From Candidatus Thorarchaeota archaeon (GTDB lineage: Archaea; Asgardarchaeota; Thorarchaeia; Thorarchaeales; Thorarchaeaceae), in NCBI GenBank assembly GCA_003345555.1, contig PRDJ01000039.1, positions 13,530-77,529 of the forward strand: a DNA stretch of 64,000 nt, in the 5' to 3' direction. The position numbers and the translations under genes were made by a program. Below, one piece after another: positions 29,893 to 39,802 of the stretch (positions within the stretch are counted from its first letter, which is position 1; each line of letters starts with the position of its first letter). Under the pieces are notes generated by a model, which did not search any database, was not told the DNA's origin, and saw only the letters and a program-made list of their open reading frames with translations.

Positions 29893-30128
29893 TCTAGAAT
29901 CCTCTGAACAAAAACTGCGTAGATATGGGCATTTAATGCTTGCTCCCAAGATTGGCGCCGTATCTCTTTAATCAGCTAGGCCTTCTTGCAGGTCGCGACA
30001 CGGTCCAGATTAGCGTGAATCGATTTCCGCCTGACCTGAGTCACTGCAAACGATTCAACCAAAATACGTCTCAGGAACGAACAGTCGATAGCGTCATAAG
30101 GGCCCTAACCGTCCCTCAATGCTTGAGC

Positions 30129-31076
30129 ATGCTCTTCTCAGAGATAACCCCTGGCGTCCACTCCGTAAGAGGGAAGTTCGCTCCGGAATTTGGCTTCATC
30201 TCAAGCTACTTGGTCGTAGAAGGTGAGGAAGTTCTCGTTATTGATCCGGGTACTGTGGGGGACCCAGGGGAAGACATTCTGAAGGCAATCGACTCCCTTG
30301 GAATGAAACCAAAGCGCTGTGTTGTAGGCATCTTGTGCACTCACGGTCACCCTGATCACATTGGAGGTGTCTCTAGGCTGCGAAGAGCAACCGGCGCCCC
30401 GGTAATGATTCACAGCGGGGACAAGGAGCTTCTCGAGAGACCTGAGACGTTTCCTCGAGAACGGCTTAGATTGAATTTCGCGGGACGTCTTGCTATGAAG
30501 GTTGACCGAAGCCCTCTCCGGGTAAACTATGCCGGGCAGAAACCTGACCGTATTCTGAGCCAAGGCGATCAGATAGATGTGGGCGCGGTTTCTCTCAAGG
30601 TGATTCATACCGGGGGCCACTCAGCAGGGCACTGTATGTTCTTCGACCCCGACAGAAAGATACTCTTCTCGGGCGATGAGCTGAACAACTTCCCAAATGA
30701 GCCCCGGAGGTTCTATGTCGATCTCAGCGGCAGTCTCACAACCAAGCTCTCAGCGATTGAGCGTCTCTCTTCCATGGAGATTGACTATATACTTCCTAGC
30801 CACGACGTGCCTCATGTATTGGACGATGCCAAGCCCCAACTAGACGAGATCAGGGAAGGAGTTGTCCAGTTTCTCGACTTGCTTCTAGAACACTTGGGCT
30901 CTAGAGGTGAAGCCGACATAGAACAGCTCGCATTTGATTTGGCGCAAAGCAAGGCAGTGCCGATTCCCGAGGTACTGAATTCTCTTCTTCCAACGACAAT
31001 CCAAGTTGCACTAAGTGACCTGATGAGAGCTGGGCTGGTCAGGGTCAACGCAGACGGGGTATGGAGTCCAAGATAG
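30129..31076 (+). CDS. MBL-fold metallo-hydrolase with C-terminal winged-helix-like tail
   Basis: MLFSEITPGVHSV..SYLVVEGEEVLVIDPG then THGHPDHIGG (the HxHxDH motif) and later H and D ligands. The ORF-track start at 29940 overlaps the opposite-strand ORF and precedes the conserved N-terminus. Confidence 0.75.
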   Translation: MLFSEITPGVHSVRGKFAPEFGFISSYLVVEGEEVLVIDPGTVGDPGEDILKAIDSLGMKPKRCVVGILCTHGHPDHIGGVSRLRRATGAPVMIHSGDKELLERPETFPRERLRLNFAGRLAMKVDRSPLRVNYAGQKPDRILSQGDQIDVGAVSLKVIHTGGHSAGHCMFFDPDRKILFSGDELNNFPNEPRRFYVDLSGSLTTKLSAIERLSSMEIDYILPSHDVPHVLDDAKPQLDEIREGVVQFLDLLLEHLGSRGEADIEQLAFDLAQSKAVPIPEVLNSLLPTTIQVALSDLMRAGLVRVNADGVWSPR

Positions 31077-31218
31077 GGTCCGAGTGCCTTACAACCGAGC
31101 TATGTTCAAAAGAAACCTGCTTCTCTTCTGATTTGTTGTGATACTCGTCCAGCGGGTGCACACTAGGTCGCGCATCAGCTGTGTCCTTGGTGACTAGGTG
31201 AACACAGGAGGCTAAATC

Positions 31219-33816
31219 GTGAGTCGAACGGGGAAGCCAAAGGCTGTGAGTGGAAGTACTATCGAGGCTATTCGAATGGCGTCCGCATCGGTTCTGGGTT
31301 CCACGACCGGACATGGCTATCCAATCGGTGATGCGGTCGGTGTGGGCAGCATGATGGAGGCCAACTCTGAAGCTGTTGCAGGAAATGTGGCACCACTGAT
31401 TCTCTCGGTAAGCACACCTTTGAAGGCCTCTGAAGAGCTTGAACTTCTGTCTATGGAGTGGGACCTCGAAAGGACGCCGGGACCCGAGATACTGCCTGAA
31501 CAGCTCGTTGTTGCTGGGGGGTATGCCCGGGGTGTTAGTTCACATGTTTCCATGCTAACTTGGGAAAAGGGCATTGCGGATCCCTTCAATATCGAAGAAC
31601 GAGTCGAGCTAATCTCAAAGAAGCTTGCTGACCTAGAAGCGGCAACATCGGCAAGCGGGCTCGGGGTTGAAAACGAAGGTCTAGCCGTCCTCCGTAAGTT
31701 CTCGGGCAGATTGAATCGGACTCTGTTCCTGGATATGTTAGATCGTCAGTTTCAGGGGTCTTGGAGTACGCTCAGGATCAAGCCTGAGGATGTCGATGTA
31801 GAACTTGTGATTAGGCAGAGCTATCGGAAGGATTTCACGACTATGCCTCCCGGTGTGAACATCTCCGAACGCTCAAGTCCTGAATTCTTGCTTCCAGATG
31901 CTGATGATGCTGCGCTAACGGAGCACTTCAAACACCGAATCCTGAGCCCAAGCGCAGTAAGAGCGCTGTCCGTTCAAGTGCCCGAAATCGGAAGGGCGAT
32001 TCTCAAGGAAATGAACAGATATGCTTACAGCGGCGAGGAGGCTGATATAGCTCGAGCGCTTACGGCGGCGCTCGTCCGGTTCTTGGGCCGGACCGATATG
32101 CGATTTGCCGAACTGGACAGCATAGCGAAGGAAGCTGTCGATTTCACAAGCACTGCAAAGAACGCGATTAGGATCCTTGGAGATGCCGTAGAGCAGCATG
32201 TTTCCTCTGGTACGAGTCTTCGTCTAGCCGAGCACAAAGAGCGTCTTGATACTGCAGTTGAATCCTTAATCGTTAAGTTACCCAGCCCCACTCGCGATGT
32301 AGTGACTTGGTTCCTGCATGAAATGACCTCTGCCATGATGAAGTCTGCCGGAGGTGACCTGCCGGGTGAGGTCGAGTTCAAGGCTTGGCAACTCAAGAGC
32401 GCGACGGGATATTTCCTCACCTACGCTAGGAAAGTCAGCGACTACTTTGCTGAGCAGCTCTATCGTTTCCTCATCGTTTCATTCGCACGGGCAGGCATCA
32501 TGAATTCGCTTCACAGTCTTCATCAGGAAATGCTTGAGAAGGGTCTGAGCCCCACAGATCTGGTATTGTTTAATATGCTCTATGATGAGCTTCTGTCAAA
32601 GTTCAAGTCGGCTCTTGGCCGACGGGCGTGCGAAGGAACGACAGAGCGCAACCCAGGCCAGCTCATGGTAGCAATAGTCCAAGAAATCGTCGATGAATTC
32701 TCACGGGATAATCCGCGGAACATGGCTCAGTTTAGGAACATGGTTCAGGTCGCACGTTCCGAGATAGAGGCAAAACACAAGGTCGAGGAGCGAGATGGCG
32801 TACAGGGTCTCGACCGACTAGGAGAAGCACTGTTGGTCCGACTCTCTGACCTTGAGACTCTCGTCACACAAACGCTTCAGGATATTGCAGATACCCTTCT
32901 CAGCAAGAGATTCATCACTCAACTCGCAGATTTGACGACAACAGAGCAATCCAAATTGTCGGCCGAATTCATCAGACTAGTCGAGCTGCAGGAAGGTAAG
33001 TCGGCGCAATGGAAGAGCGAAGCAAGAAAGATAGTAAACGATGCTCTGCAAGGAGCCGCCATGGGAAAGGGCACAGCCCCGAGGTTGCTTACGCTAACAC
33101 AGAATCTACACGAGGCCATCCGTACCGGCCCTTCCACCGAGTCAGTCCTACAACGCGTGAAATCTGAAGCCGAGAGGCTCCAAGCAGAATACGAGCGCGA
33201 AGTCGAGGAGTGGGAGATAGCGTGTTCTCGGATAGAATCAGAGAACGTGCGTATTCGGGATGAGAATGAAACAAGAGAAGGTCTCCTGAAGCAGGCAAGC
33301 GCTGACTATGCTCGCGAGACGGCTCAATATGAGCAATTGAAACAGGCATATGACCCGTCTACCGTCCCAGGTTCTCCTCCTGAACCGCCTGAAACCCTCG
33401 AGCAGCGTGTTCTTAGAATCGAGCGGGCGCATCCCGTACAGATGCCCAAGTCGATGCCCACGAAACCAGAGGCGCCTGAAGAGCTTCTCGTTGCTGATGA
33501 GCTGCGCGATACGATTGCCGCCAACATCGAGACAGCAAGCAGAGACGAAAAATCATTACAGAGTATTCTCATAGATCGACTGAATTCCATGCGCGATCAA
33601 CCGGCGAACCAGATGGGGGATCAGGTCGTCAATATCGCTGACGGATTTCATGAGTACCTATTGGAGTCAACAATACGAAGCATCGGAAAGCTGCTGCCGC
33701 GTGCTTCACGGGTCTATCTTAAATCGCCTGAAGAACCCGACCTGATTTATCTCGTGAGCTACGAATACAAGAAGGACGAGATGATGGTTCAAATCGGCAG
33801 CAATTTCCTGAGGTGA
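31219..33816 (+). CDS. large hypothetical all-helical protein (865 aa), no recognisable domain
   Basis: GTG start 7 nt after an aggagg SD-like element. Long uninterrupted ORF with a helical/coiled-coil composition (EAERLQAEYEREVEEWE...); no P-loop, no TM. Four nt separate it from the next gene. Confidence 0.6.
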   Translation: MSRTGKPKAVSGSTIEAIRMASASVLGSTTGHGYPIGDAVGVGSMMEANSEAVAGNVAPLILSVSTPLKASEELELLSMEWDLERTPGPEILPEQLVVAGGYARGVSSHVSMLTWEKGIADPFNIEERVELISKKLADLEAATSASGLGVENEGLAVLRKFSGRLNRTLFLDMLDRQFQGSWSTLRIKPEDVDVELVIRQSYRKDFTTMPPGVNISERSSPEFLLPDADDAALTEHFKHRILSPSAVRALSVQVPEIGRAILKEMNRYAYSGEEADIARALTAALVRFLGRTDMRFAELDSIAKEAVDFTSTAKNAIRILGDAVEQHVSSGTSLRLAEHKERLDTAVESLIVKLPSPTRDVVTWFLHEMTSAMMKSAGGDLPGEVEFKAWQLKSATGYFLTYARKVSDYFAEQLYRFLIVSFARAGIMNSLHSLHQEMLEKGLSPTDLVLFNMLYDELLSKFKSALGRRACEGTTERNPGQLMVAIVQEIVDEFSRDNPRNMAQFRNMVQVARSEIEAKHKVEERDGVQGLDRLGEALLVRLSDLETLVTQTLQDIADTLLSKRFITQLADLTTTEQSKLSAEFIRLVELQEGKSAQWKSEARKIVNDALQGAAMGKGTAPRLLTLTQNLHEAIRTGPSTESVLQRVKSEAERLQAEYEREVEEWEIACSRIESENVRIRDENETREGLLKQASADYARETAQYEQLKQAYDPSTVPGSPPEPPETLEQRVLRIERAHPVQMPKSMPTKPEAPEELLVADELRDTIAANIETASRDEKSLQSILIDRLNSMRDQPANQMGDQVVNIADGFHEYLLESTIRSIGKLLPRASRVYLKSPEEPDLIYLVSYEYKKDEMMVQIGSNFLR

Positions 33817-33820
33817 TTCA

Positions 33821-36265
33821 ATGTCAAGCTCTTGGATACTCAGAACTCGTCAGATGAGTGAAGCTGGAAAGGAAATCCTTCTGAGAGAAGCGCTCGCTTC
33901 TCATATGAGGAACACACGCGATCGACAGTTTGTCGCAGAGCTCCTGAAACAGAGATTGCCTCTGGAAGACATTGTTTGCCTCTTTGCAGCTTATTACCTC
34001 ACGAGCTATCAAGACGTGAGGCTGAGGGGACATGAATCCTTTGAGAACGTTCCCGGCGAACAGAAGGATCGGGTAGCGGCTGAGTCGCGGAGACTTCTGG
34101 AACTGGAGATACGCGGGCTCTTGGGTAACAAACAGAAAGAAGAGATGGACGTTGCAAGACTCATCAGCGAATTCATAGTTGAATTCTGTGATGAAGTCGT
34201 GAGACCTGACTCGTCAAACCCTCAGGCAGGGATTGAAGTCACTAAGCTGCTGCAATCGTATGTCAAGAGAATTCCTAATGACTACTCGCCAAACCATCAT
34301 ATCGATTTCATCAATGGTGTTACAGGCTGGGGGTCTATATGGAGAGACGAGATCTATGAGAAGGCATCGGGGCTCAAAGAGTCATCCCTGACGCTCAGAG
34401 AGGAGCTGCTTAAGGAGCGTGAGCCGGAGATACCCGAAACAGCTGTTCTTCTTAGGTGCATTACACGTTTGCTGGGACATACTACGTACCTTCAGGGCCC
34501 GTTGAGCCCCGGTGATATCGATAATAGCAAGTGGGAGGAGATTGCCCGAGCAGTAACCCAGAATATCGCCAAGAGCGGACAGGGGCTGCAAGCGCTGAGG
34601 AAAGCCCATCAGATTCGTCTAGAAGCTCTTGATGCCATCGAGAGGGAATTTCAAACCCCGACTTCCCTTGAGGAATTCGAGAATCGAGTCGGCGATTTTC
34701 TGGCGAAGCGAATTGCCGAGGAGATTGCAGCTAATCCAAATGACGCGTACTTTCTCTTGGGGCACTTGCTTGGCCTCAACCCAAATGATGTCAAAGCGGC
34801 ACTCAGACCGAAAGGAATCGCCAGCCCAACTGACCTTGTGTCTGGGTTCGGCGCACTGACCGCGGGAGCACCTGAGGATGTTGGGCGCACCCCAGCGGAA
34901 AAGGGTGATTTGGAGGACATGGACCGCTCGCTGAAAACATTGGACAAGATCGAGCAGACCCTTGAGAAGTCTGTGAAGGGTATGCTTCGTTCCCGCGGTC
35001 TCAAGTCTTCCGAACTCGACAAGATATCCCTCCAACTTCTCACCAAAGAGCGAAGCAGCCTCATAGGAATCGAGATTGTTGTATTGGAACAGTTGAAGAA
35101 GATGGTACGTGTTCCTCCTCCGCAAGAGATTGCCCGATTAATCAAACTCCGCGAGGACGTACAGAAAGGTGCCCTGACTTCTTCGGGTGTCTCCTCAGGA
35201 CCACAAGTCAGCCGCCAGCTGAAGCAAGATGAGACAATCCGTTCTCTTAAGCTGGATATAGTCTGGCACCTGATGATAGGCCTGTTTACGAACCTGACTC
35301 GTGTAGTAGAAATGTACGTGCGTTCCAAGCAGGACATTCTTCGTATCAAAGCGCTTCTCAAAAGCATCTACGAGAAGACCGAGAGTGAATTGCAGGTCTA
35401 CCGAGAAGAGATACTTTTCGACTTTGCCATCGTACGAATCCAAGAGATCAAGTGTATTTGCCCTGAGTTGGACACCCTTTCCCTTTGGGCTTGGTTCCAT
35501 GCGCGGCTGTCAGGCGAGGACATGGATTCTGCTAAGTCTGAGTTCACTGGTTCGTCAAGTTCTGTGTTTGAGGGCGTGGTCAAAGCCCCTCTCAGAATAG
35601 CTGGTCTTGAATTTGATAACTACGCTATAGCTTTCGACGTGATGAACAGATTCCTAGTGAGGGAGAAAAGGGCAAAGCAGGCTAAGGAAGAGGTTGCGGT
35701 AGAGACGAAGCTTGAAGAACAGAAAATGATAGAAACCAAACGGAAGGAGCTCGACGTCCTCACATTTATCTATACTAAGGCTCACACCGTATTCAAGGCC
35801 ACGGGCAGGACCGGTCCCAAAGGCTTGGAATGGACATCAACTGATAGTTCCAAATGTGCGAATCTCCTGAGTCTGTACTTGAGAACCAATCGGGGCCGAG
35901 CCATATGCACGGCATGTGGGTCAATGGCTAAGGAGGGAACGTGTCCTAATCATGGTTCAGAGCTTGTAAATGCGAGTTCCGACTTGGACAACTTGGCGGT
36001 GTTCATAATGCAGGGAATCTCCGAAATCAAGACTGGCCTTATCGGGCCGTCTGCTGAATCCATGTCGTGGGAGAAAGCGAAGGCCGTCGTGCAGAAAGAA
36101 ACTAGCTTGCTCAAGCAGAAAGGCAAGCTTGACAAGAAGGCGAACTTGAAGCTTCTCTTGCCGGGTGAGATAGACTATGTGGTCGGCCCAGCAATGGCGG
36201 CCGTCGTGGCGCAGTACTTCAATGAGTCACTTCAGTATGCCGCTCGTCGGGCACGCTTGGCATGA
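33821..36265 (+). CDS. large hypothetical all-helical protein (814 aa) with one Cys2-Cys-His knuckle
   Basis: ATG preceded by gaggtga; coiled-coil stretches; CTACGSMAKEGTCPNHG near the C-terminus; no NTPase motif. Translationally coupled to the upstream 865-aa gene. Confidence 0.6.
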   Translation: MSSSWILRTRQMSEAGKEILLREALASHMRNTRDRQFVAELLKQRLPLEDIVCLFAAYYLTSYQDVRLRGHESFENVPGEQKDRVAAESRRLLELEIRGLLGNKQKEEMDVARLISEFIVEFCDEVVRPDSSNPQAGIEVTKLLQSYVKRIPNDYSPNHHIDFINGVTGWGSIWRDEIYEKASGLKESSLTLREELLKEREPEIPETAVLLRCITRLLGHTTYLQGPLSPGDIDNSKWEEIARAVTQNIAKSGQGLQALRKAHQIRLEALDAIEREFQTPTSLEEFENRVGDFLAKRIAEEIAANPNDAYFLLGHLLGLNPNDVKAALRPKGIASPTDLVSGFGALTAGAPEDVGRTPAEKGDLEDMDRSLKTLDKIEQTLEKSVKGMLRSRGLKSSELDKISLQLLTKERSSLIGIEIVVLEQLKKMVRVPPPQEIARLIKLREDVQKGALTSSGVSSGPQVSRQLKQDETIRSLKLDIVWHLMIGLFTNLTRVVEMYVRSKQDILRIKALLKSIYEKTESELQVYREEILFDFAIVRIQEIKCICPELDTLSLWAWFHARLSGEDMDSAKSEFTGSSSSVFEGVVKAPLRIAGLEFDNYAIAFDVMNRFLVREKRAKQAKEEVAVETKLEEQKMIETKRKELDVLTFIYTKAHTVFKATGRTGPKGLEWTSTDSSKCANLLSLYLRTNRGRAICTACGSMAKEGTCPNHGSELVNASSDLDNLAVFIMQGISEIKTGLIGPSAESMSWEKAKAVVQKETSLLKQKGKLDKKANLKLLLPGEIDYVVGPAMAAVVAQYFNESLQYAARRARLA

Positions 36266-36577
36266 GCCTTTGCGATCTCAATCAAGGAAAAAAACCACTC
36301 TTCCTCTCCGTCAGATGGTAACCTCTGTGCTATTTAATCACCTCAAATCCAGCGCAATCGCAGGACAGTCTCCGCCGTTCTGACCGACAGAAAACGTAGA
36401 ATATTGTCTGTCGGCAGATTGTGGGTGAATAGTTGAATTGATTCTCGGTGAATAACCGAAATGAACGTCGAGACAAGACCCGTTGTTCCACCGGACGGTC
36501 CTTGGGTCTTCTAAGGAGCACCAAGGTCAACCTCTGGAATCACATCATTGAGAGATTCGTGAATATTCAAAGCCCCT

Positions 36578-36624
36578 GGTGCCGGTACCGATTCTGGGAC
36601 CGGCACACCATCCTCTTTTTTCGT
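36578..36624 (+). terminator. strong hairpin (9-bp GC-rich stem) followed by a T6 tract, about 310 nt downstream of the 814-aa gene
   Basis: ggtgccggtaccgattctgggaccggcacc then atcctcttttttcg, read directly. Confidence 0.4.
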
Positions 36625-36816
36625 CTTCAAGTAACTCCGTTGGGCTGATTCATTCTACCAGTTCGCCGATTGTTGTCCTCCTTCCGCATTCTTCACGAAT
36701 CGCTGCTTTTGTTAGAAGAGGCGGTTGATCGGCCTATTCCCCTGATAGTCATAGAGCAACGTAACCTGAAACTTATATACGGCCTTAGGACCGGCTTGGC
36801 TGCTGAGTGAATTCAG

Positions 36817-38220
36817 ATGCCTAAGAAGTTCGTGCCAAGAGGGATAATGCCAGCCCTCATAACGCCATTCGCGAAAGATGGCGAGATAATCGAACAGAGC
36901 TTTCGCGAGATTATCGATTACACAATTAGCAAAGGAGCCGCCGGAGTCGTACCCGCTGGCACAACGGGCGAGTTCGTTTACATGAATATGGACGAGCGCA
37001 AGAAGCTTCTGAGTCTGACAACGGAATGCGTGAATGGTCGCGTTCCGATTATTGCAGGCACAGGTCAGAGCAGCACTGAAGCAGCTACTGAGCTGACGAA
37101 GTACGCGGCAGATATTGGATGCGATGCAGCTTTGATCGTTTCTCCCTTCTATTTGAAACCGACTGACAAGGGCTACTACGAGCACTATGCCACTATCGCA
37201 AGAAAGAGTGACCTGCCTGTCATAATGTATAATATTCCTCAGATGGGCGGTATGGGTGTCCTCCCTGTTAGCGTTGTGGAAGACCTAGCCGAACTGGACA
37301 ATATCGTAGGCATCAAGGACAGCAGTGGTAACATAACCTACATGCTGGAACTACTGCAGAAGCTAAAAGGCCGCATTTCTGTGATAAATGGCAATGACGA
37401 GATCTTCTTCTCTGCAGTGACTGCGGGTGTGAACGCCGCAATCATGGCCTCAGCGAACTTGATGCCTCATCTTTGGAATGATCTTTTGAAGAAAGTCCGC
37501 AAAGGTGACATTGATGGAGCCCTCAAGCTTCAGCTCTCGATGCAGACTCTGACTCGAATTGTGACAAGGTATGGAGGTGCTCCGCCAGTCAGGGCAGCAC
37601 TGAAGATGATGGGAATCGATTCGGGTAAAGCACGAATGCCACTTAACACAGGTGGGACGTTGACTCCCGAACTTAAGGAGGAAATAAGAGTCGAGCTGGA
37701 GAAGCTAGGGCTGATTGGGGGTTCAAAGCATGTTGGTCCAGCGAAAGAAGTCGACATTAATGGTGTCCTACTAGAGGCCGGATTGAGTGCCGAACAGCAA
37801 CAAGCCCTCAAGGTCGGACGCGGATCGAGTCAAGCTTGTACCGCCAGCGTCGTTTGTGGATCCAAGACCGGTCCCCTGGGATCAGCGTTTGTCCGATTGC
37901 TGACGACTCCGCGAATTGGACGCGAGGCACTATCAGTGATTCTTGAACCGAACTTGGCTGTCAGACCTTCCAGCCTAATGTTGCCGGGCAGAAAGATCAG
38001 CTCAATGCGTCAGGCGTCAGTGTTCTACGGTCCAGTGCAGTCCGGCGCTGCTAGAGCTGTTGCAGGTCACCTAGCTGCTGGCAAGATATCTCCTGACGCG
38101 GTTCAAAACAATGTCATGGTGATGGTGATCGATGTGGACTTGGATACAGTCGACAGAAGAGCAGTCACTGCCGCTACGGAGGTAGCGGTTTCCGCGGCTC
38201 TCAGTCAGATTTGGAGGTGA
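36817..38220 (+). CDS. DapA/DHDPS-like class I aldolase fused to a C-terminal Fae-like domain (paralog 1)
   Basis: N-terminal 295 aa: GIMPALITPF...GTTGEF..., the Schiff-base aldolase (DHDPS/NAL family) pattern. C-terminal ~170 aa aligns with formaldehyde-activating enzyme (LMLPGRKISSMRQASVFYGPVQSGAARAVAGHLAAGKISPD.. versus Fae [41 protein letters not shown]). Confidence 0.7.
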   Translation: MPKKFVPRGIMPALITPFAKDGEIIEQSFREIIDYTISKGAAGVVPAGTTGEFVYMNMDERKKLLSLTTECVNGRVPIIAGTGQSSTEAATELTKYAADIGCDAALIVSPFYLKPTDKGYYEHYATIARKSDLPVIMYNIPQMGGMGVLPVSVVEDLAELDNIVGIKDSSGNITYMLELLQKLKGRISVINGNDEIFFSAVTAGVNAAIMASANLMPHLWNDLLKKVRKGDIDGALKLQLSMQTLTRIVTRYGGAPPVRAALKMMGIDSGKARMPLNTGGTLTPELKEEIRVELEKLGLIGGSKHVGPAKEVDINGVLLEAGLSAEQQQALKVGRGSSQACTASVVCGSKTGPLGSAFVRLLTTPRIGREALSVILEPNLAVRPSSLMLPGRKISSMRQASVFYGPVQSGAARAVAGHLAAGKISPDAVQNNVMVMVIDVDLDTVDRRAVTAATEVAVSAALSQIWR

Positions 38221-38256
38221 GGAAAAACGCCTGAAGGATCTTGGCGATTCAAAGGT

Positions 38257-39705
38257 GTGTACGCCGGACTAGTCACACCGTTTGGTGAGAACGGCGTCAA
38301 TGAGGCACAATACCGCAATCTGATTGAGCATGTTATCAAGGCAGGGGCAAACGGCATTGTTCCCTGCGCATCACTCGGCGAATTCACAAGTATGTCATTT
38401 GAGGAGAAAGCTGAAGCTATTCGAGTCGCATGCGACGCTGCGAAGGGACGGGTGCCGGTGCTTGCGGGTGCATGCGCGGCTTACACTGCCGACGTCGTCA
38501 AGCTGTATCTAAAGGCTGCCGAGTACGGAGCTTCGGGGGCGTTGGTAGTCTCTCCGTATTTCATGAAGCCTTCCACAAAGGAAATCTATGAACACTATGA
38601 GAAGGTTGCGAACTCAGCTGGTCTCCCAGTATTCCTGTATAATTGTCCACAGTTCACTGGCGTGAACCTCGACTGGTGGCTGATCGAAGGTCTGCGCGAG
38701 ATCAAGGGCATTATTGGGCTCAGCGATGCGAGCGGCAACTTGGTCAATGTCTCGCAGATACTCGCTCGTCGGCCAGAGGACTTTCAAGTTGTTGTTGGCC
38801 ATGATGAAGTCGTTCTGCCGAGTATGGCAGCAGGCTGCGATGGAGCTATCCTAGCAACTGCAAATATCTTCCCCGACAGATATGTAAGAATGGCGATTGC
38901 TCTAAGTCAAGGCGATCTCAAAGAGGCTAGACTCATTCAGCGTAGCGTTCAGAGAACCGCGAGAATCGTTGTCAACAAGGGCGGTCCTCTCGCTGTCAAG
39001 GCGGCCCTGAATATGATGGGCATCCCCGTCGGTTCTGCTCGAATGCCTCTCCTACAGGGCGATGTTCTGGGCTATGATGACTTAGATGAACTCAGGACAC
39101 AGCTGGAAGACCTCCAGCTGATGCCTAGAGGGTCAGTCACCTACAGGGCGCATGGTCGATCCGTTGTTACGGATGCATATCCGAAGGCTGTGGGAATGAG
39201 CAAGGACATCATCGATGACCTCACCCTCCTTCATGGAGAAGCTTTGTGTGGGGAGGGATTGGAAGTTGCTCATGTCGATCTGGTTGTGGGACTCAAGGAT
39301 GGGCCTATGCAGGCTGCCTTGACCAACGCAGGTATCAAGACCGATGGCTTCCATATGTCCAACATCATCAAGGACCTTCGACCTACGACCGTATTTGCGC
39401 CCACGGTGACAATCACCGACGAACATCACAGCAGGCTCGTGTTCGAGTTCGCTCAGAAGGCCGTTGCTGACGCTGTGACAAGGACAATCACAGACCGGAT
39501 GATTCCCGAGGAGCTTGTGCCAGACCTAGTGATTGCTGTGAAAGTGTTCGTCCATCCCAATGCCAACAACCCAAGACGGGTACACATGAACAATTTCCGA
39601 GCCACGAGGTTTGCGATAAGGCGAGCTCTGGAAGGTCGACAATCTGTAGAGGAGGTAGTTGCCCGAAAGGACTCAGCTCGTCATCCATATGGCTACAATC
39701 CATGA
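38257..39705 (+). CDS. DapA/DHDPS-like class I aldolase fused to a C-terminal Fae-like domain (paralog 2)
   Basis: GTG start. DapA-like N-half (LVTPF..., GEF). The C-terminal domain carries the Fae signature HGEALCGEGLEVAHVDLVVGLKDGP (Fae: [24 protein letters not shown]) and a KDSARHPYG end (Fae: KSATHPF). Confidence 0.75.
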   Translation: MYAGLVTPFGENGVNEAQYRNLIEHVIKAGANGIVPCASLGEFTSMSFEEKAEAIRVACDAAKGRVPVLAGACAAYTADVVKLYLKAAEYGASGALVVSPYFMKPSTKEIYEHYEKVANSAGLPVFLYNCPQFTGVNLDWWLIEGLREIKGIIGLSDASGNLVNVSQILARRPEDFQVVVGHDEVVLPSMAAGCDGAILATANIFPDRYVRMAIALSQGDLKEARLIQRSVQRTARIVVNKGGPLAVKAALNMMGIPVGSARMPLLQGDVLGYDDLDELRTQLEDLQLMPRGSVTYRAHGRSVVTDAYPKAVGMSKDIIDDLTLLHGEALCGEGLEVAHVDLVVGLKDGPMQAALTNAGIKTDGFHMSNIIKDLRPTTVFAPTVTITDEHHSRLVFEFAQKAVADAVTRTITDRMIPEELVPDLVIAVKVFVHPNANNPRRVHMNNFRATRFAIRRALEGRQSVEEVVARKDSARHPYGYNP

Positions 39706-39802
39706 GCCTACCTCATAGATGTTGATATAAGCCAGAAACGCTCGGGAAGATGTAAGCCGGCCATACATCGCCACCATCTCCAATCTACGGCAGGCGAAAC
39801 GG

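Noticed and set aside
29940-30128. 5' extension of the MBL hydrolase ORF overlapping the opposite-strand small ORF
   Set aside because: The conserved MBL N-terminus begins at MLFSEITPGVHSV (30129). The upstream 63 codons are non-conserved and overlap 29674..29949, so I treat them as an over-extension.
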